From assembly GCA_963726375.1 (NCBI GenBank), contig CAVSCE010000006.1, positions 102,581-166,580 on the forward strand: a stretch of DNA of 64,000 bases. The letters run 5' to 3'. This document shows positions 34,919 to 46,235 of the stretch, in pieces. Both the position numbers and the translations under genes were made by a program. Every line of letters begins with the position of its first letter. The first letter of the stretch is position 1. The notes beneath the pieces are model-generated. The model was not told the origin of the DNA, did not search any database, and saw nothing but the letters and a program-made list of their open reading frames with translations. This DNA comes from an uncultured Chloroflexia bacterium (lineage in GTDB: Bacteria; Chloroflexota; Anaerolineae; Anaerolineales; UBA4823).

Positions 34919-35586
34919 AGGTCGTCCCCTTCGTCAAAATTCCGCTCTAAAACCAGATCCTCTTCCCAGACTTTGCGGATCGCTGCTGAGCTGACTTCGT
35001 AGTTGAATCCGCGATTAGAGAGGTGGCGGAGCATTTTCTGGCGAAATTCCTTCCAATCAAGATAGGTTATTTTACGTGCCTGGCGTCTGGCAGCCTGAAA
35101 TGCCAGCTCATCTTCATCCAGCTGAGAGACAGATTGTTCGATGAGTTCGGATTGAATCCCGCGCCTCATGAGTTCATAAGATATTGCCCGGCGGCTGCGT
35201 GGTCGGAATTCAGACCGATTTTCAACCCAACTCTGAGCAAATACAGAATCATCGATCAATCCGCTGCTCTTCAGACGCTCCAAGAGTTCAACGATTATCT
35301 CCTCACGCACGGATTTTGATTCATAGAATTTACGAATTTCCGCATTAGTGCGCGGTCGGTAGCTTAAAAGATGCAGAGCTCGTTGGTATAAGACTTCGCG
35401 TTCATCTGCAGCCAGAAGCGCAGTGATTTTCTCTTCGTTTAATTCTGTACCAACCTGCAACCATGCAGCAACGATGTTAGCTAAACCAAATGCAAATTCA
35501 CCATCCAGAAAGACATTTACTCTCCGGTGGTTTCGTTTCTGAGGAGTAAGAGCAGTAATTTTCCGAACCATATCATTCGTTAACAA
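34915..35586 (-). CDS. recX: Recombination regulator RecX
   Basis: A 223-aa helical-repeat protein immediately downstream of the recA-like gene. Confidence 0.75.
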   Translation of the reverse strand: MLTNDMVRKITALTPQKRNHRRVNVFLDGEFAFGLANIVAAWLQVGTELNEEKITALLAADEREVLYQRALHLLSYRPRTNAEIRKFYESKSVREEIIVELLERLKSSGLIDDSVFAQSWVENRSEFRPRSRRAISYELMRRGIQSELIEQSVSQLDEDELAFQAARRQARKITYLDWKEFRQKMLRHLSNRGFNYEVSSAAIRKVWEEDLVLERNFDEGDDL

Positions 35587-35910
35587 AATCCGCGTTCCTG
35601 CTCACGCAGGTCGCGGCCAAATGTGTCCCTTTGGATTATTGATCTCAGAACTGATGTCCGAAAACTACGCTGGCTAAAGAAGGAAAGACAGTTAAGTGAT
35701 ACTGTAATAAATTCCTGAACAGCGCAGCTGTAATTTCATGTATGCGTCCGTATTGTTCGGCTCATCAATTTATTCAATCCGCTGCCAATTCTTTTCGATT
35801 GAAAAGAGGTTGACTAGAAAAACCATTATGCGGTTCGATAGAGATCATTTTCTATGCAATGCCTCAAAGAGGCTATGCCTGGTTACACGTTGGCCGCGTC
35901 ATAAAAATAT

Positions 35911-36825
35911 TCAATCCGCGGCTGGATAAATGTCCGGTAATAATCGCTGGCGAATTTTCTGCTCAATTTCATCCCTGATCGCTCTGTTTTCATTCAGCGT
36001 ATGAATTATTTGAGAGAATGTCTTGCCAAGGCAGATATCTTGATAGATAAATCCTTCTTCCTGCCTTAAAATCAACTGTAGATCACAGCCCAGGCTGAAG
36101 ACTTCACCAGTCTTATTAATACCTACAGGATTGATTATATCAAAATCCGTCTTATATAAACAGGGTGCAAACTGGTTCTTCAGGATTTGAGCCTTGATCC
36201 TGACCTCAGGGTTCAATCCGGAATGCTGAATGAAATGGTCATGCAGCAAGCTTATTCGAATTCCAGAATAGAAAGTAAGCGCCAGGCGATCGAGCTGTTT
36301 TGAAAGTAGATGGTAGGCAGCACCACTGCGCTTGCCAGTGGAATTCGTAAAAAACACAGTTGTATTTGAATCCGAAATATCCCTTTTGATCATCGCAAGC
36401 ACCAGGCTGATCAATCGGTAATTTTCTTCAGCTGGTTGTCGATTTTCTCTGAACAGAGTCTCACTGTTGGGGATAAGGGTTTGGATTGAATCTAAAACAA
36501 CCAGAGAGAAAGAACCGGACTTTGCCAGAATATGAAGAATTCCGAGCGCCTGTTCGGTGTTGTTAGAATTGCAGTAATATAACGTGTCTGGATTTACTCC
36601 GATGTTTTTTGCCATCTGGACGCTGAACATTTGATCCGCATCAATCCATGCACAGATTCCGCCGGCCAGTTGAGCTTCTGCGACAGCATGCTGGGCGAGC
36701 ACTGTTTTTCCACTCCCCGTAGGCCCACTGATCTCGATGATTGAACCGCTTGGATAACCTCCAATCTGCAGAGCGATATCTAGTTTCAAGGATCCAGTCG
36801 AGATCACCCCAGGATTTTTGATCAT
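35911..36825 (-). CDS. Divergent RecA-like recombinase lacking the N-terminal oligomerisation domain
   Basis: ISTGSLKLDIALQIGGYPSGSIIEISGPTGSGKTVLAQHAVAEAQ...WIDADQ...LVVLDSIQTL is collinear with the E. coli RecA core and C-terminal domain at low identity. An in-frame stop lies directly 5' of the ATG. Locally AT-rich. Confidence 0.7.
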   Translation of the reverse strand: MIKNPGVISTGSLKLDIALQIGGYPSGSIIEISGPTGSGKTVLAQHAVAEAQLAGGICAWIDADQMFSVQMAKNIGVNPDTLYYCNSNNTEQALGILHILAKSGSFSLVVLDSIQTLIPNSETLFRENRQPAEENYRLISLVLAMIKRDISDSNTTVFFTNSTGKRSGAAYHLLSKQLDRLALTFYSGIRISLLHDHFIQHSGLNPEVRIKAQILKNQFAPCLYKTDFDIINPVGINKTGEVFSLGCDLQLILRQEEGFIYQDICLGKTFSQIIHTLNENRAIRDEIEQKIRQRLLPDIYPAAD

Positions 36826-36884
36826 CTTCTAAAATTCAATTCTGCCTTCAACTTAAGCAGCAGATCGTTTAGATGGGAGTAAGG

Positions 36885-38305
36885 TTAGACCTCATTCAGG
36901 AAGCTGAAGTGCTCTTCAAATTTTGGATTCCATTCATCGGGGATGAATTCTCCGCTGGTCCGATCCTGGACATATCGGCCCCGGTATTCGCCGCGGACGA
37001 TCCTTTGGAGCGCATCTTCAAGAATGTCGACATCCTCTAACGAATTGTAAAGGCCGAAGGAAGCCCTGATGAGGCCTGGCATTTCGGATCGATCTCCTGC
37101 CAACATCCGGCTTCGTACTTGTCCTGCTTCATCTTCGTTCAATCCCAGCAAATGAAGAATGTAAGGATGGGCGCAAAAACAGCCGCTCCGCACTCCGATC
37201 CCGAATTCGTAGCCCAAAATTGAAGCGATTTTAAAATGCGATAGCTTGTCAAGGCTAAACGGGATCACGCCCAGGCGATTTTGAGCGTTCTCTGGATCAC
37301 GGTCTCCATAGATCTGAATGCCCGGGATTTGTGAAAGTCGTTTGAGTGCATATGAGGTCAATTCGGCTTCGTGGTTGGCGACATAATCCATGCCAATCTC
37401 GCTGAGTTTAAGAATTGCCGCTGCCATTGCAACTGCGCCGATTGTGTTGGGGCTTCCCGCTTCTTCACGATCAGGAGGTTCTGACCAGATGACATCCTTC
37501 AGGGTGACAATTTCAACTGTACCTCCACCGGTAATGTCTGGATCGCCTGTTCTAAACGTATCTCGCAAACCAACCAGGACTCCTGTTCCATAGGGAGCAT
37601 AAAGTTTGTGAGCTGAAATTGCCACATAGTCCAGGCTTTCTGGATCACCAGGAGTCCCCATCTGGATCTTTCGATGGGGGGCAAGCTGGGCGCAATCAAC
37701 AAGGATTTGGGCGCCAGCGGCATGGGACTTGCGCGCGATTTCATGAACAGGATTGATATAGCCTGTCACATTGCTGGCGCCGGTAATCGTCACCAGGGCA
37801 ATCCTGCCCTCATATCTGATTTAAGAGCGATTTCGAGCTGCAATAGATCGAGGCGGCCATCTGTGGTCAGCTCCACATGAATTGTTGTCGCAACGCTGCG
37901 CCAGGGAAGATCATTCGAGTGATGTTCCATTCCACTTGTGAGAACGATATCCTTTCCATCCGAAAAAGGAAACCGACGGGAAAGTTTGTTGATCGATTCT
38001 GTCGTATTTTTGGAAAAAATACATGTATGCAGCTTGGGATCTGCGCCAATAAAATCCATGACGGTATGCCGTGCTTTTTCATAGGCATGAGTTGATAACT
38101 GGCTTTTATATCCGGTACCGCGATGGACGCTGCTGTAATAGGGAAGGAAAGCTTCAACGGTCTCTTTTACATATTTCAACGCTGGGGTTGAGGCAGCATT
38201 ATCAAGGTTAACATAACGGCGTTTGGTACCGTCCAGCAGAGGCACCTCCGTCTCAACTCCGACGAAATAATCTTGCCTCGACTGATTATTTTGGTTATTG
38301 GTCAT
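36885..38305 (-). CDS. Aminotransferase class V (cysteine-desulfurase-like). One frameshift near 37795.
   Basis: The N-terminal piece (YVNLDNAASTPALKYV...SGMEHHSNDLPW) and C-terminal piece (ITGASNVTGYINPV...ISAHKLYAPYGTGVL) lie in adjacent frames. Confidence 0.8.
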
Positions 38306-38398
38306 GACGAAACCTTTCAGGATGAGAAGAAATTGGAGAACGAGTTGCTTTACTTTATTAATAATCGAGCTAATTTGCCTATATGTTGGGTTAACCGC

Positions 38399-38427
38399 TT
38401 GCAATTTAGAAGAAAATTCGTTATACT
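38399..38427 (+). promoter_or_regulatory. Sigma-70-like promoter TTGCAA-17bp-TATACT upstream of mraZ (candidate dcw-cluster promoter)
   Basis: Hexamers at 38399-38404 and 38422-38427 with 17 nt between them, about 90 nt upstream of the mraZ GTG. Confidence 0.5.
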
Positions 38428-38513
38428 GTGGGTGTTTATGGGAAGAAGTGGGAAAAAGTGGTAGAACGCCGGCCAATCCGGCGTTCTGGCTTTATAACAG
38501 AAAGGTAGAACAA

Positions 38514-38953
38514 GTGTTCTTGGGTCAGTTTAGTCATAATCTGGATGATAAAGGAAGGTTGATGGTTCCAGCCCGCTTCCGGGATCAAATAGTCCCGGAC
38601 GGCGCCTTTGTCATGCAAGGCTTTGACAAAAACTTGATGGTGCTCCCTTCTGACAAGTATCAAGAGCTTGCTCGCCGGGTCAACCAGATGAGCCTGACTG
38701 ATTTAAGAGCGCGCCTTTAAAAAGGCAAGTATTTTCAACCGCCGACCATGTTGACGTTGATAAAGCCGGACGCATCCTTCTGCCTCAATTTCTGCGCAAA
38801 TTCGCCGGTTTGGAGGAAGAATCAGTTGTGATTGGCATGGGCGATTTCTTCGAAATCTGGTCCCCAGAGGCATGGACCGGTCAAAATGCAGAACTGCAAG
38901 ATGCCCAGGCAAACCCTGACCGATTTTCTGCCCTCGACCTTGCGTTTACCTGA
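38514..38953 (+). CDS. mraZ: Transcriptional regulator MraZ. One frameshift near 38715.
   Basis: FLGQFSHNLDDKGRLMVPARFR. The second half (ADHVDVDKAGRILLPQFLRKFAG...) is in the adjacent frame. Confidence 0.85.
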
Positions 38954-38959
38954 TCTAAG

Positions 38960-39940
38960 TTGTTAAGTTTGCGATGTTTGAAGAATTTAGACGGAACCTC
39001 ACACCGTCCAGTGCTTTACCAGGAGATTATACACGCTTTCCAGCCCGACACGAGTGGGCGCTTTGTCGATTGCACGCTTGGGGCCGGAGGGCATGCCTGG
39101 GGAATATTGAATGCGAGCACACCCGATGGGATGCTGCTCGGATTGGAGGTTGATCCGCAGGCTCTTAAGCTGGCCAGCCTGAGATTGAAATCCTTTGACG
39201 AACGAGCAGTTCTGGTTCGGGCGTCTTATGCGACACTGGAAAAACAGCTTGAGAAGCTGGGGTGGCCGTTGGTGGATGGGATTCTACTCGATCTTGGAAT
39301 CTCTTCAATGCAATTGGATACCCCTGAAAGGGGCTTTTCGTTTTTGTCCGATGCTCCTTTAGACATGCGTTTCGATCCTGATGGGACGATCACTGCCGCT
39401 GATTTGGTGAATGGTCTTTCAGAGCGTGAGCTTGCAGATTTAATTTTTCGATACGGCGAAGAACCTTTGGCAAACAGGATTGCTAAAATGATTGTGAATT
39501 CTCGACCAATCACACGAACGGTTGAATTGGCTGACTTGATCTCAAAGGTAGCAGGAAGGCGGAGGGGAGGTGGATCGCGAGATGATGAATTGCATCAGCG
39601 GATTCACCCGGCGACATTAACTTTTCAAGCGCTGCGGATTGCTGTGAACCATGAGCTCGACTCCTTAGAGAGCGTGCTTCCTCAAGCAGTCCGGGTATTG
39701 AGGTCTGGAGCTCGATTGGCTGTCATCTCGTTCCATTCACTCGAGGATCGAATAGTCAAGCAATTCTTCCGTCAAGAAGGAAAGGATTGCATATGTCCTC
39801 CAAAACAGCCAGTTTGTACATGCGGACACCGGGCAACGCTGCAAGAAATGAACCGCCGTCCAATCTTTCCAACGGCAGATGAAGTTCGAAATAATCCGAG
39901 AGCTCGCAGCGCTCGATTGCGTGTAGTTATTAGATTATAA
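38960..39940 (+). CDS. rsmH: 16S rRNA (cytosine1402-N4)-methyltransferase RsmH
   Basis: HRPVLYQE...FVDCTLGAGGH...LGISSMQLD motifs. Confidence 0.9.
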   Translation: MLSLRCLKNLDGTSHRPVLYQEIIHAFQPDTSGRFVDCTLGAGGHAWGILNASTPDGMLLGLEVDPQALKLASLRLKSFDERAVLVRASYATLEKQLEKLGWPLVDGILLDLGISSMQLDTPERGFSFLSDAPLDMRFDPDGTITAADLVNGLSERELADLIFRYGEEPLANRIAKMIVNSRPITRTVELADLISKVAGRRRGGGSRDDELHQRIHPATLTFQALRIAVNHELDSLESVLPQAVRVLRSGARLAVISFHSLEDRIVKQFFRQEGKDCICPPKQPVCTCGHRATLQEMNRRPIFPTADEVRNNPRARSARLRVVIRL

Positions 39941-40042
39941 AATCTTTGAATGGACGAGAGGATACAACCAAAACAGAATAATCGGTTCATTGGCACACTT
40001 ATTGCAAATTTATTGACTTAACAACTTCTATTTTCGAAAAGA

Positions 40043-40528
40043 ATGGATATGGACCAACTAGAAAGCTTTGCCCGGAATTACTCACAAGCGCCCTGGAGAA
40101 AACAGCTTCAGCTTATTGCGCTGTTTCTCCTGTTGTTGGTTTTGATCGCGCTTGTTGCTGGGATTTATTTAAGCATCAGTGCTAGGGCAACAGCGGTTGG
40201 AAGGGATATCCAGGCGATGCAGACGGAAATCGAAGATTTAAATCTCGAGAATGAGGACCTACAATCCCAATTAGCAGAAATTCTATCTTCTTCTCAGATG
40301 GAATCCCGAGCTAAGGCTTTAGGCTTTGAACCAGTTCCACCGGACCAAATTGTCTATTTGAAAGTACCAGGTTACTCCGATCGCCGAGTTGTCATCCTGG
40401 CGCCTTCAAATGAACGAAATGTGGTGAATGCTGTCTCTGTTCCGCCCGAATACACGGAATCGTTGGTCGACTGGCTTTATCGAGAGACAAGGGATTGGAT
40501 CGTCCGTTTTTTTGAGGAGATGCCATGA
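40043..40528 (+). CDS. ftsL: Cell division protein FtsL-like (septum-formation initiator family)
   Basis: A 161-aa ORF with a single transmembrane helix followed by a coiled coil, in the canonical position. Confidence 0.6.
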   Translation: MDMDQLESFARNYSQAPWRKQLQLIALFLLLLVLIALVAGIYLSISARATAVGRDIQAMQTEIEDLNLENEDLQSQLAEILSSSQMESRAKALGFEPVPPDQIVYLKVPGYSDRRVVILAPSNERNVVNAVSVPPEYTESLVDWLYRETRDWIVRFFEEMP

Positions 40529-42294
40529 GTGAACAGGAAATGAGCCGACGATATTCCTTGCTAGGGGCATTGATGTCAGTGCTCCCGGTTCTCATCTTAG
40601 TGCAAATCGTCAGGATCCAGGTTGATCCTGAAATGGTAAAAAAGCTTCAGGAAAAAAGAGAATCAACGATCAATCCCCTGGTAACAGTATATCCAACTCG
40701 TGGACGAATTTTTGACCGCAATGGCTCACTTCTTGCTGGGAATCGAACGGTTTTTGAAGTTGGAGTAGAACTTCAAGATGTTGAGAATCCCGAGATGGTC
40801 GCCCAGGTAGCCAGCGCCGTGCTTGGAGTGGATTATAAAGATGCGCTTGTCAGCGCCAGCCTGGAGCCATCTGACACTGCGGTTTATTCGAGGTTGATTG
40901 ACAACGTGCCTCCGGAGGAGATAGAAGAACTGGATGCGTTGATCAATCGTCTGAATGGGGAATATGCAGACAGCAGCGGAAAAAACAAGGTGAATGTGCG
41001 AGGCCTGGTATGGAGTCCCCATCTGGGGCGAACTTATCCCAATGAATCATTGGCTTCAAACCTTATCGGTTTTGTGAACGCGGTTGGTGAGGGGTTTTTT
41101 GGAGTAGAAGAGAGGTTTAATGATCTATTAAAGGGCGCCTCGAAGCAAGTTCGAATTCCGGTGGATCCCACTCGGGCAAAAGAGCTGCCGAACGTACCAG
41201 ATGGAGCAAGCCTGATCCTTTCAATAGATCGCGAAATCCAACGGGCAATGGAAGAAATCATCGATGATAGTGTTGCTGAGAGCGGATCAGATTCGGGCTC
41301 TTTGGTCGTTATCGACCCTCGAACCGGTGAAATCCTTGCAATGGCAACAACTCCTCGATTAGACCTTAATCAGTTTTGGAAGTATTCACAGGTTTTTCCC
41401 AAAGATTTCCCGTTTAATCAACCGGTTTCGGAATCCTACGAGCCGGGTTCGGTTTTCAAGGTGCTTACGATGCTTCTTGCGCTCGATTCTGGCGCGGTGA
41501 AACCTGAGACGGTTTTTATCGATACAGGAGTGATCGAAGTTGGTGGGGCAGTAATCTATAACTGGAACCAGGGTGCATGGGGACCTCAGGATATGCAGGG
41601 ATGTATGCAGCATTCACTGAATGTTTGTCTCGCATGGGTTTCCACTCAGGTTGGGCCGGAAAAGTTCTATGATTATTTGAAGGCATTCGGAATTGGTCAT
41701 GTGACCGGTATTGATCTTGCTGGTGAAGCTTCCGGTAGGTTAAAAGAACCCGGTGATAATGATTGGTATGCTGCTGATCTGGCCACAAATGCCTTTGGTC
41801 AGGGCGTGGCGGTGACGCCTGTTCAGATGGCAGTCGCGATCTCCGCAGCTGCGAACGACGGAGTTATGATGGCTCCCCAGATTGTGAAGTCTGTCGTGAG
41901 TGAAGGTTACCAGTACCAGATTGACCAGCGAATATTGGGTATTCCAATAAAGAAGGAAACAGCCAGGACTCTGACCGAAATGCTTGCTCGCTCTCTGGAG
42001 ATTGAATCCTCGGACACGCTGATCACAGGTTATCGAGTTGCTGGAAAAACAGGGACAGCTGAAATCCCAACTGTCTATGGATATACGTCTAACCAGACAA
42101 ATGCTTCTTTTGTCGGTTGGGGTCCTGTCGATGACCCACGCTTCCTGGTTTATGTCTGGCTGGAAAAACCAACGACCTCTCCCTGGGGATCCGTCGTCGC
42201 TGCACCTGTCTTCAGAGAAGCAGTCGAAAAACTTGTGATTTTACTAAATTTGCCTCCGGATGATGTCCGAATGAAGTTGGAAAACTCGAATTAG
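40525..42294 (+). CDS. ftsI: Penicillin-binding protein (class B transpeptidase, FtsI/PBP2)
   Basis: 589 aa. SxxK (SVFK), SxN (SLN) and KTG(T) motifs. Confidence 0.88.
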   Translation: MSEQEMSRRYSLLGALMSVLPVLILVQIVRIQVDPEMVKKLQEKRESTINPLVTVYPTRGRIFDRNGSLLAGNRTVFEVGVELQDVENPEMVAQVASAVLGVDYKDALVSASLEPSDTAVYSRLIDNVPPEEIEELDALINRLNGEYADSSGKNKVNVRGLVWSPHLGRTYPNESLASNLIGFVNAVGEGFFGVEERFNDLLKGASKQVRIPVDPTRAKELPNVPDGASLILSIDREIQRAMEEIIDDSVAESGSDSGSLVVIDPRTGEILAMATTPRLDLNQFWKYSQVFPKDFPFNQPVSESYEPGSVFKVLTMLLALDSGAVKPETVFIDTGVIEVGGAVIYNWNQGAWGPQDMQGCMQHSLNVCLAWVSTQVGPEKFYDYLKAFGIGHVTGIDLAGEASGRLKEPGDNDWYAADLATNAFGQGVAVTPVQMAVAISAAANDGVMMAPQIVKSVVSEGYQYQIDQRILGIPIKKETARTLTEMLARSLEIESSDTLITGYRVAGKTGTAEIPTVYGYTSNQTNASFVGWGPVDDPRFLVYVWLEKPTTSPWGSVVAAPVFREAVEKLVILLNLPPDDVRMKLENSN

Positions 42295-42323
42295 TTCGTG
42301 TTTGCGAAAGACTTTATCGACCT

Positions 42324-43748
42324 ATGTTGAAGATTACTGACATTTTTGAGGCACTCTGCGGCGCTCGACCTGACTGGGGGGACGAGATGGTAAGCGGCGG
42401 CGTTGTGGACTCACGCCAGGCATTTCCCGGCTGCCTTTTCGTAGCGATGCCTGGCGAGCATCATGATGGGCATGATTATGTCAGCCAGGCCTTTGAAAAA
42501 GGCGCCGGAATTGCATTGATTCAACATGACCTGAGTGAAGATTTCAAGCAGATTGACCTCCGTACCTGGCAAACAGGCTCCACGATATCACAAGCTTTCG
42601 AGCCGCCGTTTTGCCTGAGAGTCGATAACACACTCACCGCATTGCAGCAAATCGCCCGATCCTGGCGGAGGAAGCTTGATCTCAAAGTCATCGGTGTAAC
42701 CGGAAGCGTTGGAAAATCCACAACCAAAGAATTAATTGCAGAAATCCTTATCCAGCGGTTTTCTACCCTGAAAAACCAGGGCAATCTCAACAACGAGATC
42801 GGCCTGCCGCTGACGATGCTTTCGCTTGATGAGACGCATCAACGTGCAGTCTTGGAAATGGGTTTCTATATACCGGGTGAGATCGCTTTGCTGTGCGATC
42901 TGGCTTTGCCACAGATCGGTGTGGTGACGAATATCGGCACCGTTCACGCAGAAAGGGCGGGCAGCCAGGCCGAAATTGCCATGGGGAAGTCTGAACTCGT
43001 CCAATCGCTTCCTCCTGCGCCTGATGGGGTGGCAATCCTGAATTATGACGATCCGCTGGTCAAAGAAATGGCAGAGAAAACCTCGGCAGAGGTGTTCTTT
43101 TATGGTTTGGATCAGCAAGCAGATCTTTGGGCCGATCAAGTTGAAGGTCGGGGGCTGGATGGGATTCGCTTTCGAATGCATTATCGGAATGAAGTGCTCC
43201 ATTTACGCGTTCCTTTGATCGGTCGTCACTCCGTTCATACTGCGCTGAGAGCTGCTGCAGTTGGTTTGGTGGATGGACTGACCTGGCAGGAAATTGTGAG
43301 CGGGCTCCAGACTGGTAAGGCGCAGTTGAGGTTGGTGACTTCCCGTACATCTAGCGGCGCCTTGCTGCTTGACGATACCTACAACGCTTCGCCTGAATCG
43401 ACCCTGGCAGCCTTGAATTTGTTAGACGAGCTTCAAGGCCGAAAGATAGCTGTCCTGGGGGATATGCTGGAGCTCGGACGATACGAGCAGCAGGGTCATG
43501 AAATGGCTGGTCTCCGAGCAGCGCAAGTTGTCGATCTGCTTGTTACTGTCGGAGAGCGGGCGCGGATGATCGCTGCTGCTGCCCGAAAGGCAGGATTGCC
43601 TGCTTTGGCGATTATCGAAGTGGATGATGCGCTCGATGCCGTTGAGCATTTACTCCAAAGCCTGGATGCAGGAGACGTTGTGCTTGTGAAAGGCTCGCGT
43701 GGGATGCACATGGACCGGATTGTCACCGCATTGGAGGCGCGTTCATGA
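42324..43748 (+). CDS. murF: UDP-MurNAc-tripeptide--D-alanyl-D-alanine ligase MurF
   Basis: 474 aa. VTGSVGKSTTKE P-loop. Confidence 0.85.
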   Translation: MLKITDIFEALCGARPDWGDEMVSGGVVDSRQAFPGCLFVAMPGEHHDGHDYVSQAFEKGAGIALIQHDLSEDFKQIDLRTWQTGSTISQAFEPPFCLRVDNTLTALQQIARSWRRKLDLKVIGVTGSVGKSTTKELIAEILIQRFSTLKNQGNLNNEIGLPLTMLSLDETHQRAVLEMGFYIPGEIALLCDLALPQIGVVTNIGTVHAERAGSQAEIAMGKSELVQSLPPAPDGVAILNYDDPLVKEMAEKTSAEVFFYGLDQQADLWADQVEGRGLDGIRFRMHYRNEVLHLRVPLIGRHSVHTALRAAAVGLVDGLTWQEIVSGLQTGKAQLRLVTSRTSSGALLLDDTYNASPESTLAALNLLDELQGRKIAVLGDMLELGRYEQQGHEMAGLRAAQVVDLLVTVGERARMIAAAARKAGLPALAIIEVDDALDAVEHLLQSLDAGDVVLVKGSRGMHMDRIVTALEARS

Positions 43749-44738
43749 CCCAGTCCTCGATGGCAGTCGCGCTCGCTGGCCTAAGCTTCATGATGACAAT
43801 GATCTGGGGGCCGCCGTTACTGCGTGTTCTCCGCTATTTTAAAGTTGGCAAGGCGATCCGGGTTGATGGCCCAGAACGGCATTTTGCGAAGCTGGGAACT
43901 CCGACAATGGGTGGTGTGCTGATCGTTATCCCGGTCGTGATTATCACCGTATTAATGAATGCCAGCTCTCTTTTTGGCTTTGCCTTTCTTGGACGTTCGG
44001 TGATATTGCCGATGGGTGCAATGATAGCCTTTGCCACGTTGGGAGCAGTTGATGATTGGGCCGGGCTGCGAGGTGAACGAAAAGCAAAAGGGATGAGAGC
44101 CCGGACAAAATTTCTTTTCCAATCAATATTTGCGGTCGTGATTGCTATTGCACTTAAATATTTGCTTGGTTCGCCGGACATTTTTATTCCGGGTGTGCCG
44201 TTCAGTATTCAATCTTGGTGTGCTGTATATTCCGATTGCTGCATTTGTGATCGTTGCCTACTCGAATGCGATCAATCTTACCGATGGTCTGGATGGACTT
44301 GCTGGATTAATTGCTGCCACAGCATTTGCAACTTACGGCGGGATTGCCCTCCTGCAGGGGCAGACTTATCTGGCTCGATTCTGCTTCACCGTTGTTGGTG
44401 CGATCTTTGGATTTCTTTGGTTTAATGTTCATCCAGCGCTTCTTTTTATGGGTGACACTGGCTCGCTGTCTTTGGGTGCGACTCTTGCGGTTGTGGCGTT
44501 GATGACCGGTCAATGGGTCCTGCTGCCGGTGATTGCGATCATCCCAACCAGCGTGATGCTGAGCGTTGTACTTCAAGTGGCATATTTCAAATGGACTGGA
44601 GGCAAACGATTGTTTAAAATGGCGCCGCTCCACCACCATTTTGAGCTTTCTGGATGGAGTGAAACCCAGGTTGTCCAGAGGTTTTGGCTGATCAGTCTGC
44701 TGTTTGCGATGATTGGTGTCGCGCTGTCTGTTGTTTGA
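43745..44738 (+). CDS. mraY: Phospho-N-acetylmuramoyl-pentapeptide transferase MraY. One frameshift near 44190.
   Basis: NAINLTDGLDGLA motif. Confidence 0.88.
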
Positions 44739-44751
44739 GTGAGTTGATGAG

Positions 44752-46187
44752 ATGAGAGATTGGAGTTCTGAGCGTGTAGTGATCATCGGTGCAGCCCGCC
44801 AGGGAATATCATTGGCGGGGTATTTGCTGCAACATGGTGCGCAGGTCACGATCACCGACCGCTTGCAGTCAGATAGATTAATGGAAGCTCAACAATCCCT
44901 TTCTCATTACTCTGCTTCTGCCAGGTTGGATTGGGTCTGCGGCGGTCACCCGCTCAGCTTGTTGGATGGAGCTACCCTGGTTTGCCCTTCTGGAGGTGTC
45001 CCGTTGGACCTCCATTGGTGGTCGAAGCAAAGCGTCGCGGAATTTTATTATCCAATGATTCACAAATTTTTCTTGAAGTAGCACCATGCCGGGTGATTGG
45101 AATTACCGGGTCGGCTGGAAAAACCACGACGACGACGCTGGTCGGCAGAATTGCCCAGGCGGCTTTTGCTGGAAGCGATCGCACAGCCTGGGTCGGTGGA
45201 AATATCGGCTCGCCGTTGATCACAGATGTCGACAGGATGTGTCCGCAGGACCTGGCAGTGATGGAACTTTCAAGCTTCCAACTTGAGATCATGACTCGCT
45301 CCCCGCAGGTGGCTGCAGTCTTGAATATTACCCCTAATCATCTGGACCGTCACAGCTACGATGAAAGCGTACATTTCTGCGAAAGAGCAATTCTTCTGCA
45401 CCAAACTTCATCAGAATCTGTGATATTAGGTCGGGATGACCCAGGAGCCTGGGCGCTGGTGAAAAAAGCTCGCGGACAGATCTTTTCGTTCGGGTTGTCT
45501 GAGTTGCCTGCAGATCAAAGAGGCGTCTTTCTGCGGGATGGTACCATTTTCGTTAGAACTGAATATCAACAGCCCGGTGTGAATCATGCATCTATGATGG
45601 ACATGGAGCCGATTGATCAACCAGTGATCTCGATGAAGGACATCGCGTTGCGTGGAGAACACAACCTCTTGAATGCAATGGCAGCTTGTGCGATCGCCGC
45701 TGCAGCTGGTCTCCCGATTGAAGCCATGCAATCCGGGATAAAAGATTTCAATGGCGTCCCGCACAGGCTGGAATTCGTTCGAACTTGGGGTGGCGCGGAT
45801 TGGTACAACGACTCGATTGCCACAGCTCCGGAAAGAGCGATGGCGGCGATCCGCTCGTTCGATGAACCGCTGGTTCTTCTGGCAGGAGGGCGGGATAAGA
45901 ATCTTCCATGGGATGATTTTGCTCGGCTGGTTCGCGGCAGAGTAGATCATCTGATTCTTTTTGGTGAATCTGCCGAATTGATTTTTCGAAAGCTGGAGTT
46001 AACCCAGCAGGATCGGGTTGAGGTTGTTTGCTGCAAAGGTCTTCGAGAGGCAGTTGAAGTAGCAGAGAAGGTAGTCAAACCGGGAGATGTCGTCTTACTC
46101 TCTCCTGGTGGAACGAGTTTTGATGAATTTAAAGATTTTGAAGAACGCGGTAGATATTTCTCACAATTGGTTGGAGAACTGCCATGA
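44752..46187 (+). CDS. murD: UDP-N-acetylmuramoylalanine--D-glutamate ligase MurD. One frameshift near 45020.
   Basis: ITGSAGKTTTTTL P-loop. Confidence 0.88.
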
Positions 46188-46235
46188 AATCAAACACAAC
46201 TCTTTATCGGCAACGCAGATATCAATCTGTGGCAG

